This document shows positions 18,607 to 26,281 of a stretch of 64,000 nucleotides of DNA, piece after piece; the stretch's first letter is position 1, and every line of letters begins with the position of its first letter. The position numbers were made by a program, and so were the translations under genes. This stretch comes from Planctomycetota bacterium (GTDB taxonomy: Bacteria > Planctomycetota > Brocadiia > Brocadiales > Bathyanammoxibiaceae): NCBI GenBank assembly GCA_023261505.1, contig JAHFOV010000001.1:9191-73190 (forward strand), read 5' to 3'. The notes under the pieces were generated by a model, which made no database searches, was not told where the DNA came from, and saw only the letters and a list, made by a program, of their open reading frames with translations.

Positions 18607-19317
18607 CTACCTCCACTTTCTGCTTTCTACCAGCCTTACAGTGACAAATAGGCAAAGGACTGTAATACTTAAATAGTAGATTACATCCTTTGTATCCACC
18701 AGCCCCTTAGTGAAAGGTTCCCAGTGGTCAAAGGTACCTATATACTGGAGGACAGGTACATACCAGCCTTCTGTCCCGGAGACCGCGTAGCCCAGATAGA
18801 AGAGTATTAAAAGGGATACGATACCCAGCACCCCAGCTATAATTTGATTTTTTGTAAGGGCGGACATGAGTAGCCCCACAGAGACAAACATGGCACCCAT
18901 TAAAGTTAGCCCAATGTAACTGGCCATAATAGGGCCCATGTCAGGTTCTCCTACCCACCCTAGGAATACTACATAGAGAAGGGTAGGTGCCAGCATCACC
19001 AGGTAAAGGAACAAAGCTGCCAAAAATTTGCCGAAGACCACCTCAAAGTCCGTCACGGGGGCAGTCATAAGCATCTCTATAGTCCCTGATTTAACTTCCT
19101 CGGCCATTAGCCTCATGGTTATCACTGGCGCAAGGATGGAAAGTATTACCTGGGTGTTGGCCAGGCTGTACATTAAAGTAGCCTGCTGGGTAAGGGCCAG
19201 TATCCTGGCAAAAAAGTACCCAGAAGATAAAAGAAATACTGCTATTACTATGTAGGCAACGGGAGAGTAGAAATAAGAAATCATCTCCCTTTTAAAGATT
19301 GTTATGGAATTGGTCAT
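18607..19317 (-). CDS. ABC-2 type permease (GldF-like)
   Basis: It has six hydrophobic segments and is 236 aa. It lies between the ATPase and the GldG-like gene. Confidence 0.8.
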   Translation of the reverse strand: MTNSITIFKREMISYFYSPVAYIVIAVFLLSSGYFFARILALTQQATLMYSLANTQVILSILAPVITMRLMAEEVKSGTIEMLMTAPVTDFEVVFGKFLAALFLYLVMLAPTLLYVVFLGWVGEPDMGPIMASYIGLTLMGAMFVSVGLLMSALTKNQIIAGVLGIVSLLILFYLGYAVSGTEGWYVPVLQYIGTFDHWEPFTKGLVDTKDVIYYLSITVLCLFVTVRLVESRKWR

Positions 19318-19331
19318 ACTAGAAAAACTCC

Positions 19332-20351
19332 TTATCCTCTTATCTTGCTAAAGAGGCTAGAAACTGTCTCCTTAATTCCCCCTTTGAAGGCGGGTTCCTC
19401 TCCGCCTGGGACGGCTTCCTCTGCCTCCCTGGTTGTGATTTGGTGGAAGACTTCTTCCAGGGTAACCGTCTCCTTTTTCATCTCAAGAAGTACCCAACTA
19501 TTATCCACGAAGGCCCTGAAGATCTCCTCCCTGGCGTCCCGACCCTTATCTGTCTCTATCACGAAACGATGGGTCTCCGTTCCGTCCTCTCCCTTAACGC
19601 TGAGGACTCCTGGCACCCCTTCAAGGCCTGCCTTAATCTGCCCAAAAGGCCCTCTGGCCTCAAGGTGTATGGTAGCCACACCCCTGAGTTTTGAGATAAG
19701 ATTCTCTGGGGTGTCCATGGCAACAAGCTTTCCCTTATTAATGATAATTACCCTGCCGCATATCATCTCTACCTCTGGCAAGATATGTGTTGAAAGCAAA
19801 ATAGTGTGCCTCTTTCCTAATTCTTTAATAAGTGCCCTGACCTGGCGAATCTGGTTTGGGTCAAGCCCGATGGTAGGTTCATCCAGTATAAGAATCCTGG
19901 GGTCGTGGACCATGGTATCGGCCAGTCCCACCCGCTGTCTGTAGCCTTTAGAGAGGGTTCCCACAATCTGGTTTTGTACTTCTATAACGCCACATTTTTC
20001 CAGGGCCTCCTGAATCTTGGCCCTCCTCTCCTTCCTTGACACCCCCTTTAGCTGGGCCCTGAACATCAGGTATTCACTGACCCTCATTTCATGATAAAGA
20101 GGTACATTTTCGGGAAGGTAGCCTATTTGTTTCCTTACATTCAAAGAATCTGTGAAGACATCATAACCTGCCACCTTTGCGTTTCCAGAGGTGGCGGGGA
20201 GAAAACCAGTGAGGATGCGCATGGTGGTCGACTTACCTGCCCCATTAGGGCCAAGAAAACCTAAAATCTCTCCCTCATGCACCTGAAATGATATGTCGTC
20301 TACCGCCGTCTTGTCTCCATAGCGCTTGGTAAGGTGCTCTACCTGAATCAT
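19332..20351 (-). CDS. ABC transporter ATP-binding protein (GldA-like)
   Basis: Walker A is GPNGAGKST, the signature is LSKGYRQRV and Walker B is ILILDEPT. Confidence 0.9.
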   Translation of the reverse strand: MIQVEHLTKRYGDKTAVDDISFQVHEGEILGFLGPNGAGKSTTMRILTGFLPATSGNAKVAGYDVFTDSLNVRKQIGYLPENVPLYHEMRVSEYLMFRAQLKGVSRKERRAKIQEALEKCGVIEVQNQIVGTLSKGYRQRVGLADTMVHDPRILILDEPTIGLDPNQIRQVRALIKELGKRHTILLSTHILPEVEMICGRVIIINKGKLVAMDTPENLISKLRGVATIHLEARGPFGQIKAGLEGVPGVLSVKGEDGTETHRFVIETDKGRDAREEIFRAFVDNSWVLLEMKKETVTLEEVFHQITTREAEEAVPGGEEPAFKGGIKETVSSLFSKIRG

Positions 20352-20355
20352 ACTC

Positions 20356-20598
20356 CTATCCCTTCTTTTTCTCTTCTACGCCTAAGGCGGGTTCTTCTAT
20401 CTTCCCTGTAATACGTAGCTTGCCACCAGTAAACTCATCGAAGGCTGTCCTTATCGGGTCCGTAGGTTCAGTCCTGAAAGAGGAAAGCCCTTTTACCAGT
20501 TGCTTAACCCTCTTTACGAGGACGGTAGTAAGTCTATAGTGACCTCCCGCCTGCTTAGCTAATGTTTCAACTAATTTATAATAGTTTTCCATGGACAA
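20356..20598 (-). CDS. rpoZ: RNA polymerase omega subunit-like protein
   Basis: GHYRLTTVLVKRVKQLVKG matches the omega core pattern (YRLT.V..KRA.QL..G). A later AFDEFTGGKL resembles the conserved E...G.L segment. Confidence 0.6.
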   Translation of the reverse strand: MSMENYYKLVETLAKQAGGHYRLTTVLVKRVKQLVKGLSSFRTEPTDPIRTAFDEFTGGKLRITGKIEEPALGVEEKKKG

Positions 20599-20622
20599 AA
20601 ATGAACGGTTGACAAAACAACA

Positions 20623-20650
20623 TATATATCACATAAATGATATTTGTCAA
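20623..20650 (-). promoter_or_regulatory. Candidate promoter for the rpoZ-ABC-htrA operon
   Basis: The minus strand reads TTGACA (20650-20645), 16 nt, then TATATA (20628-20623). The region also contains the inverted 8-mers TTGACAAA/TTTGTCAA. Confidence 0.35.
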
Positions 20651-20909
20651 GTCTCTAAACTTTGAGTAAGTTTTCGTTTACACGTGGGATTGGTTGGCAA
20701 AAGCTTTGCTCACCGGAAAAACAATAACAGTGGGCACTGCACAGTATGACCATGTGTCTGTTAATAATTCCCCTAAATACTTACAAAAGGCGGAGATTTT
20801 ATCTTTGAGGTTGTAATTGTCGGCAATTTCCTTAATATATTTTTTATTGTGCTTATCCCGCAGATGTTCGTTGATAATGCAATTCAAATAGACGAAGGGA
20901 TGGGAATAT

Positions 20910-22439
20910 ATGAGGATGTTTCGTACTATTAGCAGTAAAGTACTGTTAGGTAACAAAACTGTGCCCGCAGCGCTTGCCTCTTGCATTATTGATATGGGGC
21001 TGGCTTTGCTTTCGTTCGCCTATGTTGGATTTGCTATTTTGATGCCAGGCGGTGCTACCGCCCAGGAATGGGCACCTAGCTGGCAGTTACCTCCAAGGGA
21101 CAGGCCAGCCAATATTATTGAAGCCCCTATTACTGGCAAAGGTGAAATGCCAGAGAGCAGGTTTTTTCCCCCGATGATATGTGGTGCGTGCCATACTGAT
21201 ATTTTTCAGCAGTGGAGGAACTCCACTCATGCCTATGCATGGTATGACCCCCTTGTAAGGGCTCTCTATCAAAAAGGTCTCCTGGAGGCTGAAGGACCTC
21301 AGAGGGTTGTCATGGACTCATGCGTTCGCTGTCACACACCGGTAGGTTTTACCACTGGAGAGTGGAAAACTACTCCATCCATGCCTAGTAGTGAGGCCAG
21401 TAAAGAGAATATCTTCTGTGATTTCTGCCATTCTGTAAAGGCAACTACGGGTATAGGTAACGCCCCTTTTATTCTGGAACCAGGGGATGCTGCAAAGATG
21501 GATTTCGGCACTAAAAGGGGTCCATTCAAGGATAGTCCTGTAACCGCGCATAAGACGGAGTATTCTGAACTCCATACCCGTTCTGAATTCTGCGGCTCAT
21601 GCCACGATGTGTCTCATGCAGGAAGCCGATTGGCCGTGGAACAGACCTACACGGAATGGCGCCTGGGACCTTACAATACGGGTGACCCTTCTACTACGAT
21701 TCACTGCCAGGACTGCCACATGAGACAAAGGCCAGGAGTACCCTCCACAGGCTCCACCGAGAGGCCAGATAACCCAGGGCTTGCCGCAGCAAAACATGCT
21801 GGAGGCATGGAGAGGCCCCACATCTGGACTCACTTTCACATAGGTGGCACCAGCCTTGTCCTTGGCACCTCTGCCCAGGACCCTGAGCGGCAAAAGATGG
21901 CCGAAGAAAGGCTAAAAAATGCGGCTAAGGTAGAGCTGGTAGTACCTTCCTCTATAAAGCCTGGAGAGTTGCTCAAATTTAGGGTAAAAGTGGAAAATGT
22001 GGGTGCAGGCCACTATATCCCTACCGGGCTTACAGAGGTTCGGCAGGCATGGCTGGACGTAGCAGTGGCAGACGCCGATGGTAACGAATTATACCGCTCC
22101 GGCAAGTTAGACGCGGAGGGACACCCGGACGAAGATGCCGTTGTATATCACACCATCTTTGGCAACGCCAAGGGTCAGCCTACCTATAAGGTGTGGGAGG
22201 CCACCCACGTCATTTCCGATTACAGAATTCCTCCGAAGGGATACATGATGGAAAGGTATGTTTTCATGGTCCCTCAAGAGGTCAAGCTGCCGCTACAGGT
22301 AAGGGCCGTACTCCGCTACAGGAGCGCGCCCCAGTGGCTGGCCGTAGAACTGCTTGGAAACCAGGCCCCTACCATTCCTATTGTAGATATGGCAGAGGCG
22401 ACGGCCACAGTGGCCCAGACCACGATTAGTCAGAAATAG
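20910..22439 (+). CDS. Pentahaem c-type cytochrome
   Basis: There are five CxxCH motifs: CGACH, CVRCH, CDFCH, CGSCH and CQDCH. A signal-like segment is GLALLSFAYVGFAILMPGGATAQE. The exact start is uncertain. Confidence 0.8.
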   Translation: MRMFRTISSKVLLGNKTVPAALASCIIDMGLALLSFAYVGFAILMPGGATAQEWAPSWQLPPRDRPANIIEAPITGKGEMPESRFFPPMICGACHTDIFQQWRNSTHAYAWYDPLVRALYQKGLLEAEGPQRVVMDSCVRCHTPVGFTTGEWKTTPSMPSSEASKENIFCDFCHSVKATTGIGNAPFILEPGDAAKMDFGTKRGPFKDSPVTAHKTEYSELHTRSEFCGSCHDVSHAGSRLAVEQTYTEWRLGPYNTGDPSTTIHCQDCHMRQRPGVPSTGSTERPDNPGLAAAKHAGGMERPHIWTHFHIGGTSLVLGTSAQDPERQKMAEERLKNAAKVELVVPSSIKPGELLKFRVKVENVGAGHYIPTGLTEVRQAWLDVAVADADGNELYRSGKLDAEGHPDEDAVVYHTIFGNAKGQPTYKVWEATHVISDYRIPPKGYMMERYVFMVPQEVKLPLQVRAVLRYRSAPQWLAVELLGNQAPTIPIVDMAEATATVAQTTISQK

Positions 22440-22562
22440 GGATTAGGGGTCAGGGGCTAGGGGCTAGGGGTAGCAGGCAGTATGGAGTAAACAGTAGGCA
22501 GAATGCTTAGTACTTAGCGTTTAGTGCTTACTGCCTACTGCTAAGCCCTAGCCCCTATTCTC
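22440..22562. repeat. Composite stutter palindrome (TAGGGGCTAGGGG / AGCAGGCAGTA arms)
   Basis: The left arm ggggctaggggctaggggtagcaggcagta...gtaggcag pairs with the right arm cttactgcctactgctaagccctagcccctat. It lies directly after the cytochrome stop. Confidence 0.8.
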
Positions 22563-22567
22563 TACTT

Positions 22568-23061
22568 ATGCAAGATACCAACATATTAGCTCCTCTTTCC
22601 GTGGCGGATTTGCCCCCAAAGACCGGTGGATTCTTGAAGGTTTTGGGTCCAGGGGCAATCCTTTTGGGGCTTTCTATAAGGGGGCGGGGAACTGATTCTT
22701 TGGCCCACCATGGTGGCTGAGTATGGCTCGAACAATCTCAGATATTGTGTACGTTAATTTTAAGGCTGCCCGTAAAAGGTCAATATCCATTTGGTATATA
22801 CTTCTCGTAGGGATATGGATACTAGCAGGCTCTTTGCTCGTCCTTTTCCCGGTGCCACCTCTATTGCTTTTTATAAGTAATGCCTGCTTTGGTGGGCTGG
22901 CCATGGCTGTTTATTGTCCGCTCACTTTGGTTATAAATCACCGTTTCCTCCCACCTGGGGTTAGGCCAGGATATATTTCAAGCCTCTTTCTCGGCCTGGC
23001 TTCGCTGGTTTACGCCTTTTTTATAGGGCTGTGTGTAGTTACATTGCTGAAAAGGGCGTAA
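22568..23061 (+). pseudogene. Remnant of an Nramp-like metal transporter (frameshift plus large internal deletion)
   Basis: The ATG at 22568 gives MQDTNILAPLSVADLPPKTGGFLKVLGPGAILLGLSI. The +1 frame continues GGGELILWPTMVAEYG and then stops. ORF 22723..23061 looks like the last two TM helices (VINHRFLPPGVRPG). About 300 aa expected between these parts are missing. Confidence 0.4.
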
Positions 23062-23097
23062 GCCATTGATTTGCCTTACCCTTCTTGCTATCCTCTT

Positions 23098-23200
23098 ATC
23101 CAAATGTCAAAGCCCAAATGCCAAATCAATGTCAAAGTCCAAATTTCAAGTTATTTTGGTCATTTGAGCTTTGGATTTCATTTAACATTTGAATTTCTCT
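23098..23200. repeat. AT-rich stutter palindrome (CAAATG/TCAAAG units)
   Basis: tccaaatgtcaaagcccaaatgccaaatcaatgtcaaagtccaaat faces tcatttgagctttggatttcatttaacatttga. ORF 23071..23271 is its translation. Confidence 0.7.
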
Positions 23201-23366
23201 TTATTTTGTTAAATTTGGTTACATTAAAAGGTGGCTGTCAGAGGCGGATTCTTTCAGAAGCTGGCAAATAGGCCGGGGGTCTCGACAAGTCAAGAGAATT
23301 TAGCCAATACAGGAATACCAAAAATATCTCTCTGATAAACTGCTTTTTTCAGAGTTCTCAAACAAA

Positions 23367-25187
23367 ATGATTCAGAAAGACCTCCTTCGATATCTCAAAA
23401 AATTGAAAAAAGAAGCCCCCTTTACGGAGCCTTCCGAACTAAAAGAAAAGGGAATACAACTCGGTTATTCAGAAGCAGATACAGAGGATACCGTTAAATA
23501 CCTTGAGGAGCAAGAAAAGCTATATGTAAGTTTGGTGGACATTACTAAGGGGAAGCTGGCAGGAATGTTAGCCATTACTTGGCTAACTATTTTCCCTGGC
23601 CTTCTAAACCTGGTTTTTCTCAGGAGAGACAAGTCCCAACGAGCAAAGTCTATAATAGCTTTGTCAATAAACCTTACAGTAGCGTTACCCTTATCTATTC
23701 TTGCAGTTTTGTTTACAGAACAATTTGAAAAGGAAGTTGTAAAGGTAATGGAAGTGACTTCATGGTCTATTAATTTTTGCTTAGCTATATGGATGACTGT
23801 GGAGGCATGCAGGGCCTATAAACGCTCGAAAATGGCAAAAGGTGTGGTGAAGAGGAGCTACGGGGTAAAATTAACGCCAATTCAATTATTAGTTCTTGGT
23901 TATATTTTAGTCGTTTTGATTGGAGCATCTGTTCTCACTTTGCCGATTTCTACTTCTAGTAGAAAACACGAACCGTTTATAGATGCTTTATTTGTTGCAA
24001 CTTCTGGAATAAGCACTACGGGATTGAGTCCCGTTGATGTCGGCAGCTTTTATTCTCTTTTTGGGCAGATGACACTTCTTGTTATTTTTCAGATTGGAGG
24101 AGTTTCGTATGTCACTTTTTTTATTTTTATAGCTTATACTCTTGGTTTAAGACCTCCTTTAATACATAAACTGGTTGCTAAAGAAGCTATAGCAGGGGCG
24201 GAAGTTGCAGATATCTTTAAGTTTTTCAAATTTGTCTTGATATTTACCTTCCTTTTTGAATTTGCAGGTGCAGCTATTCTGAGTATTTATTGGATGCATG
24301 AATTTTCCGTCCCCAGATCGATACATTTAGGGATTTTTCATTCTGTTTCAGGTTTTTGTACTGCTGGATTTGGATTGTTTCCAGATAGTCTCGAATCTTA
24401 TCGTGGAAGCATCATTGTAAATGTCACCATTTTTTTTCTTACTATTTTAGGCGGTATTGGATTTTTTGTTCTCTATGATTTATATGCCAAATTCAAAAAA
24501 TTTATTAAGCATGAATATCCTAGAGAGCTGTCTGTTCATACCAAGTTGGCAATAATAGTCACTGCAATTATACTATCTATTGGCTTCTTGGTGATTTTCT
24601 TTTCTGAGAAGTGGTCTCCAGAGATTTCTTTAAAGGACCGTATTTTGGCCTCCTTTTTTCAAACGATTAACGCTTCCACAACTACGGGATTTGATACAAT
24701 TGATATTGCGGGAATGGGTTCAACCGCACTTTTTATGCTCATTTTGTTAATGTTCATTGGTGCCTCTCCGGGAAGTACTGGAGGGGGAATTAAGACGACT
24801 ACGCTGGGTGTTATCTTTGCTTCAACTCTGGCAAACTTAAAGAAAACATATGTAAATTTATTTAGAAAGCGTATTCCTGATGATACGATACATACGGCTT
24901 TTGCGATATTTTATTTGTTCAGTTTAGTTGTAGTAATAGATACACTGATTTTGACTTTTACGGAGGACGCATCATTTCTTCAGATTCTCTTTGAAACCGT
25001 TTCCGCACTCGGAAACGTCGGATTATCAATGGGAATTACTTCCCATCTAACGGTTATCGGAAAGATTTTGTTGACTATTACTATGTTCATAGGGAGAGTA
25101 GGGCCGCTAATTGTTGGATTATTTTTATTCGGAAGGCCAAAGCATAAAGGCTTTGAGTACGTAGAGGCGAAAATTTTTGTAGGATAG
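23367..25187 (+). CDS. trkH: TrkH/KtrB-family K+ transporter with ~165-aa N-terminal extension
   Basis: Four pore-loop-like motifs are present: SGISTTGLS, NASTTTGFDT, GGGIKTTT and SALGNVGLSMG. The N-terminal extension has a soluble segment plus about 3 TM helices. The gene is AT-rich. Confidence 0.85.
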   Translation: MIQKDLLRYLKKLKKEAPFTEPSELKEKGIQLGYSEADTEDTVKYLEEQEKLYVSLVDITKGKLAGMLAITWLTIFPGLLNLVFLRRDKSQRAKSIIALSINLTVALPLSILAVLFTEQFEKEVVKVMEVTSWSINFCLAIWMTVEACRAYKRSKMAKGVVKRSYGVKLTPIQLLVLGYILVVLIGASVLTLPISTSSRKHEPFIDALFVATSGISTTGLSPVDVGSFYSLFGQMTLLVIFQIGGVSYVTFFIFIAYTLGLRPPLIHKLVAKEAIAGAEVADIFKFFKFVLIFTFLFEFAGAAILSIYWMHEFSVPRSIHLGIFHSVSGFCTAGFGLFPDSLESYRGSIIVNVTIFFLTILGGIGFFVLYDLYAKFKKFIKHEYPRELSVHTKLAIIVTAIILSIGFLVIFFSEKWSPEISLKDRILASFFQTINASTTTGFDTIDIAGMGSTALFMLILLMFIGASPGSTGGGIKTTTLGVIFASTLANLKKTYVNLFRKRIPDDTIHTAFAIFYLFSLVVVIDTLILTFTEDASFLQILFETVSALGNVGLSMGITSHLTVIGKILLTITMFIGRVGPLIVGLFLFGRPKHKGFEYVEAKIFVG

Positions 25188-25377
25188 TCGTAATACGTTT
25201 ACTTTGTACGATGGACACTCCGAGAGGAGTTCTTTATGATAAATCTCATAAATAAATATGATTATTGGCAGGCTCGGTCCCCTAACTCTTGCCCAGATGG
25301 TGGGGAGAGAGGCCGCCGCTCCGAGAATCGGTTATCTTGAAGAACATGTGGCAATAGGTTGAGGGAGGTTAATATAC

Positions 25378-26064
25378 ATGGCAAGACTGGTGGCTGTACT
25401 GGGATTGGGAAGATTTGGGCAGGCCGTGGTGAAAACACTGGTTGAAGAGGGGGCAGAGGTCATTGCTATAGATATAGATAAGGAACAGGTGGAGAAGATG
25501 AGGGATATCGCTACGCATGCCATTCAGCTCGATAGGGAGGATGAGGAATCTCTCCGGGCCTGCGGGGTGGGGGATGCCGATGTAGCGGTGGTGGCTATGG
25601 GTGCACTTGAGCCCAGTGTGATGAATACTGCCATACTTAGTAAAATGGGAATAAAAGAGATTATTGCCAGGGCCACCAGTGAACTCCACGCTGAGGTACT
25701 TAACATGGTGGGTGCAACCAAGGTAGTTTTTCCTGAAAAGGATATAGGCATAAGGCTGGCCAAGAGCATAATGGTCCCCGGGGTGAGAGAATTCGTGGAG
25801 GTGGGGGAAGACTACTGCCTTGCGGAGATAAAGGCGGGGGAAAAGCTTCTCGGGAAGTCCCTGAAGCAACTGGACCTCAAGTCCAAATACAACGTCAACG
25901 TGGTAATAATAAAAAAGACGGAGACAGTTCAGGTGAACGACCAGGTCGTAGAGCGAGAGCGAATGGTTCTTCCGACAGGCGATTATGTCCTGGAAGAGGG
26001 TGATAGTATTATTGTTGTAGGACAAACAGATAAGGTTGAGGATTTTGAGAAGCATACAAAATAG
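25378..26064 (+). CDS. trkA: TrkA/KtrA-type K+ transport regulatory protein (RCK N and C domains)
   Basis: The Rossmann motif is VAVLGLGRFGQAVV and a C-terminal TrkA-C-like domain is present. GGGAGG SD. Confidence 0.9.
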   Translation: MARLVAVLGLGRFGQAVVKTLVEEGAEVIAIDIDKEQVEKMRDIATHAIQLDREDEESLRACGVGDADVAVVAMGALEPSVMNTAILSKMGIKEIIARATSELHAEVLNMVGATKVVFPEKDIGIRLAKSIMVPGVREFVEVGEDYCLAEIKAGEKLLGKSLKQLDLKSKYNVNVVIIKKTETVQVNDQVVERERMVLPTGDYVLEEGDSIIVVGQTDKVEDFEKHTK

Positions 26065-26097
26065 GTAGAACTCTGAAAAGTCACTGCGATGGTTTAC

Positions 26098-26227
26098 GTC
26101 ATTCTGAGCGGAGCGAAGCAATCTCGTGTTTTAACCGATCCGCCTGAGGCGGATTCGGCACCTTCAGTACCTCAGTCCGCCTAAGGCGGATTACGCATTT
26201 TGCCAGTCCTCATAGGTTTGCGATGAC
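26098..26227. repeat. Family-1 palindromic element, ~130 bp
   Basis: The termini are GTCATTCTGAGCGGAGCGAAGCAATC and TTTGCGATGAC. The internal hairpins are atccgcctgaggcggat and gtccgcctaaggcggat. Confidence 0.85.
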
Positions 26228-26281
26228 AGGTCAGGTAAAACGATTGATTTTCAGTTATAATTATTTAAAATTTACCGTGCC

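Noticed and set aside
20678-20986. 102-aa minus-strand ORF in the divergent region upstream of the cytochrome gene.
   Set aside because: It overlaps the cytochrome start by 77 nt if taken at full length and has no SD at any candidate start. I recognise no motif. It may be real as a shorter protein (TTG at 20887), but I cannot support it.
23071-23271. 66-aa ORF MPYPSCYPLIQMSKPKCQINVKVQ...
   Set aside because: It is a read-through of the AT-rich stutter palindrome at 23098-23200, not a gene.
25188-25377. c-di-AMP (ydaO-type) riboswitch in the trkH-trkA spacer, prompted by the K+ transport context.
   Set aside because: I could not find the conserved pseudo-symmetric ACGGGGA/CCCGA-type cores by eye, only two loosely similar CTCCGAGA segments. 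A covariance-model scan is needed before any call.
25369-26121. 250-aa minus-strand ORF opposite trkA. Similar long antisense ORFs lie opposite leuS (28402..29088, 26885..27385), the activase fusion (37122..37676, 38002..38562), asd (46796..47263) and the 47604..48149 region.
   Set aside because: Each overlaps a sense gene with clear family motifs. None has a recognisable motif or SD, so I treat them as shadow ORFs.
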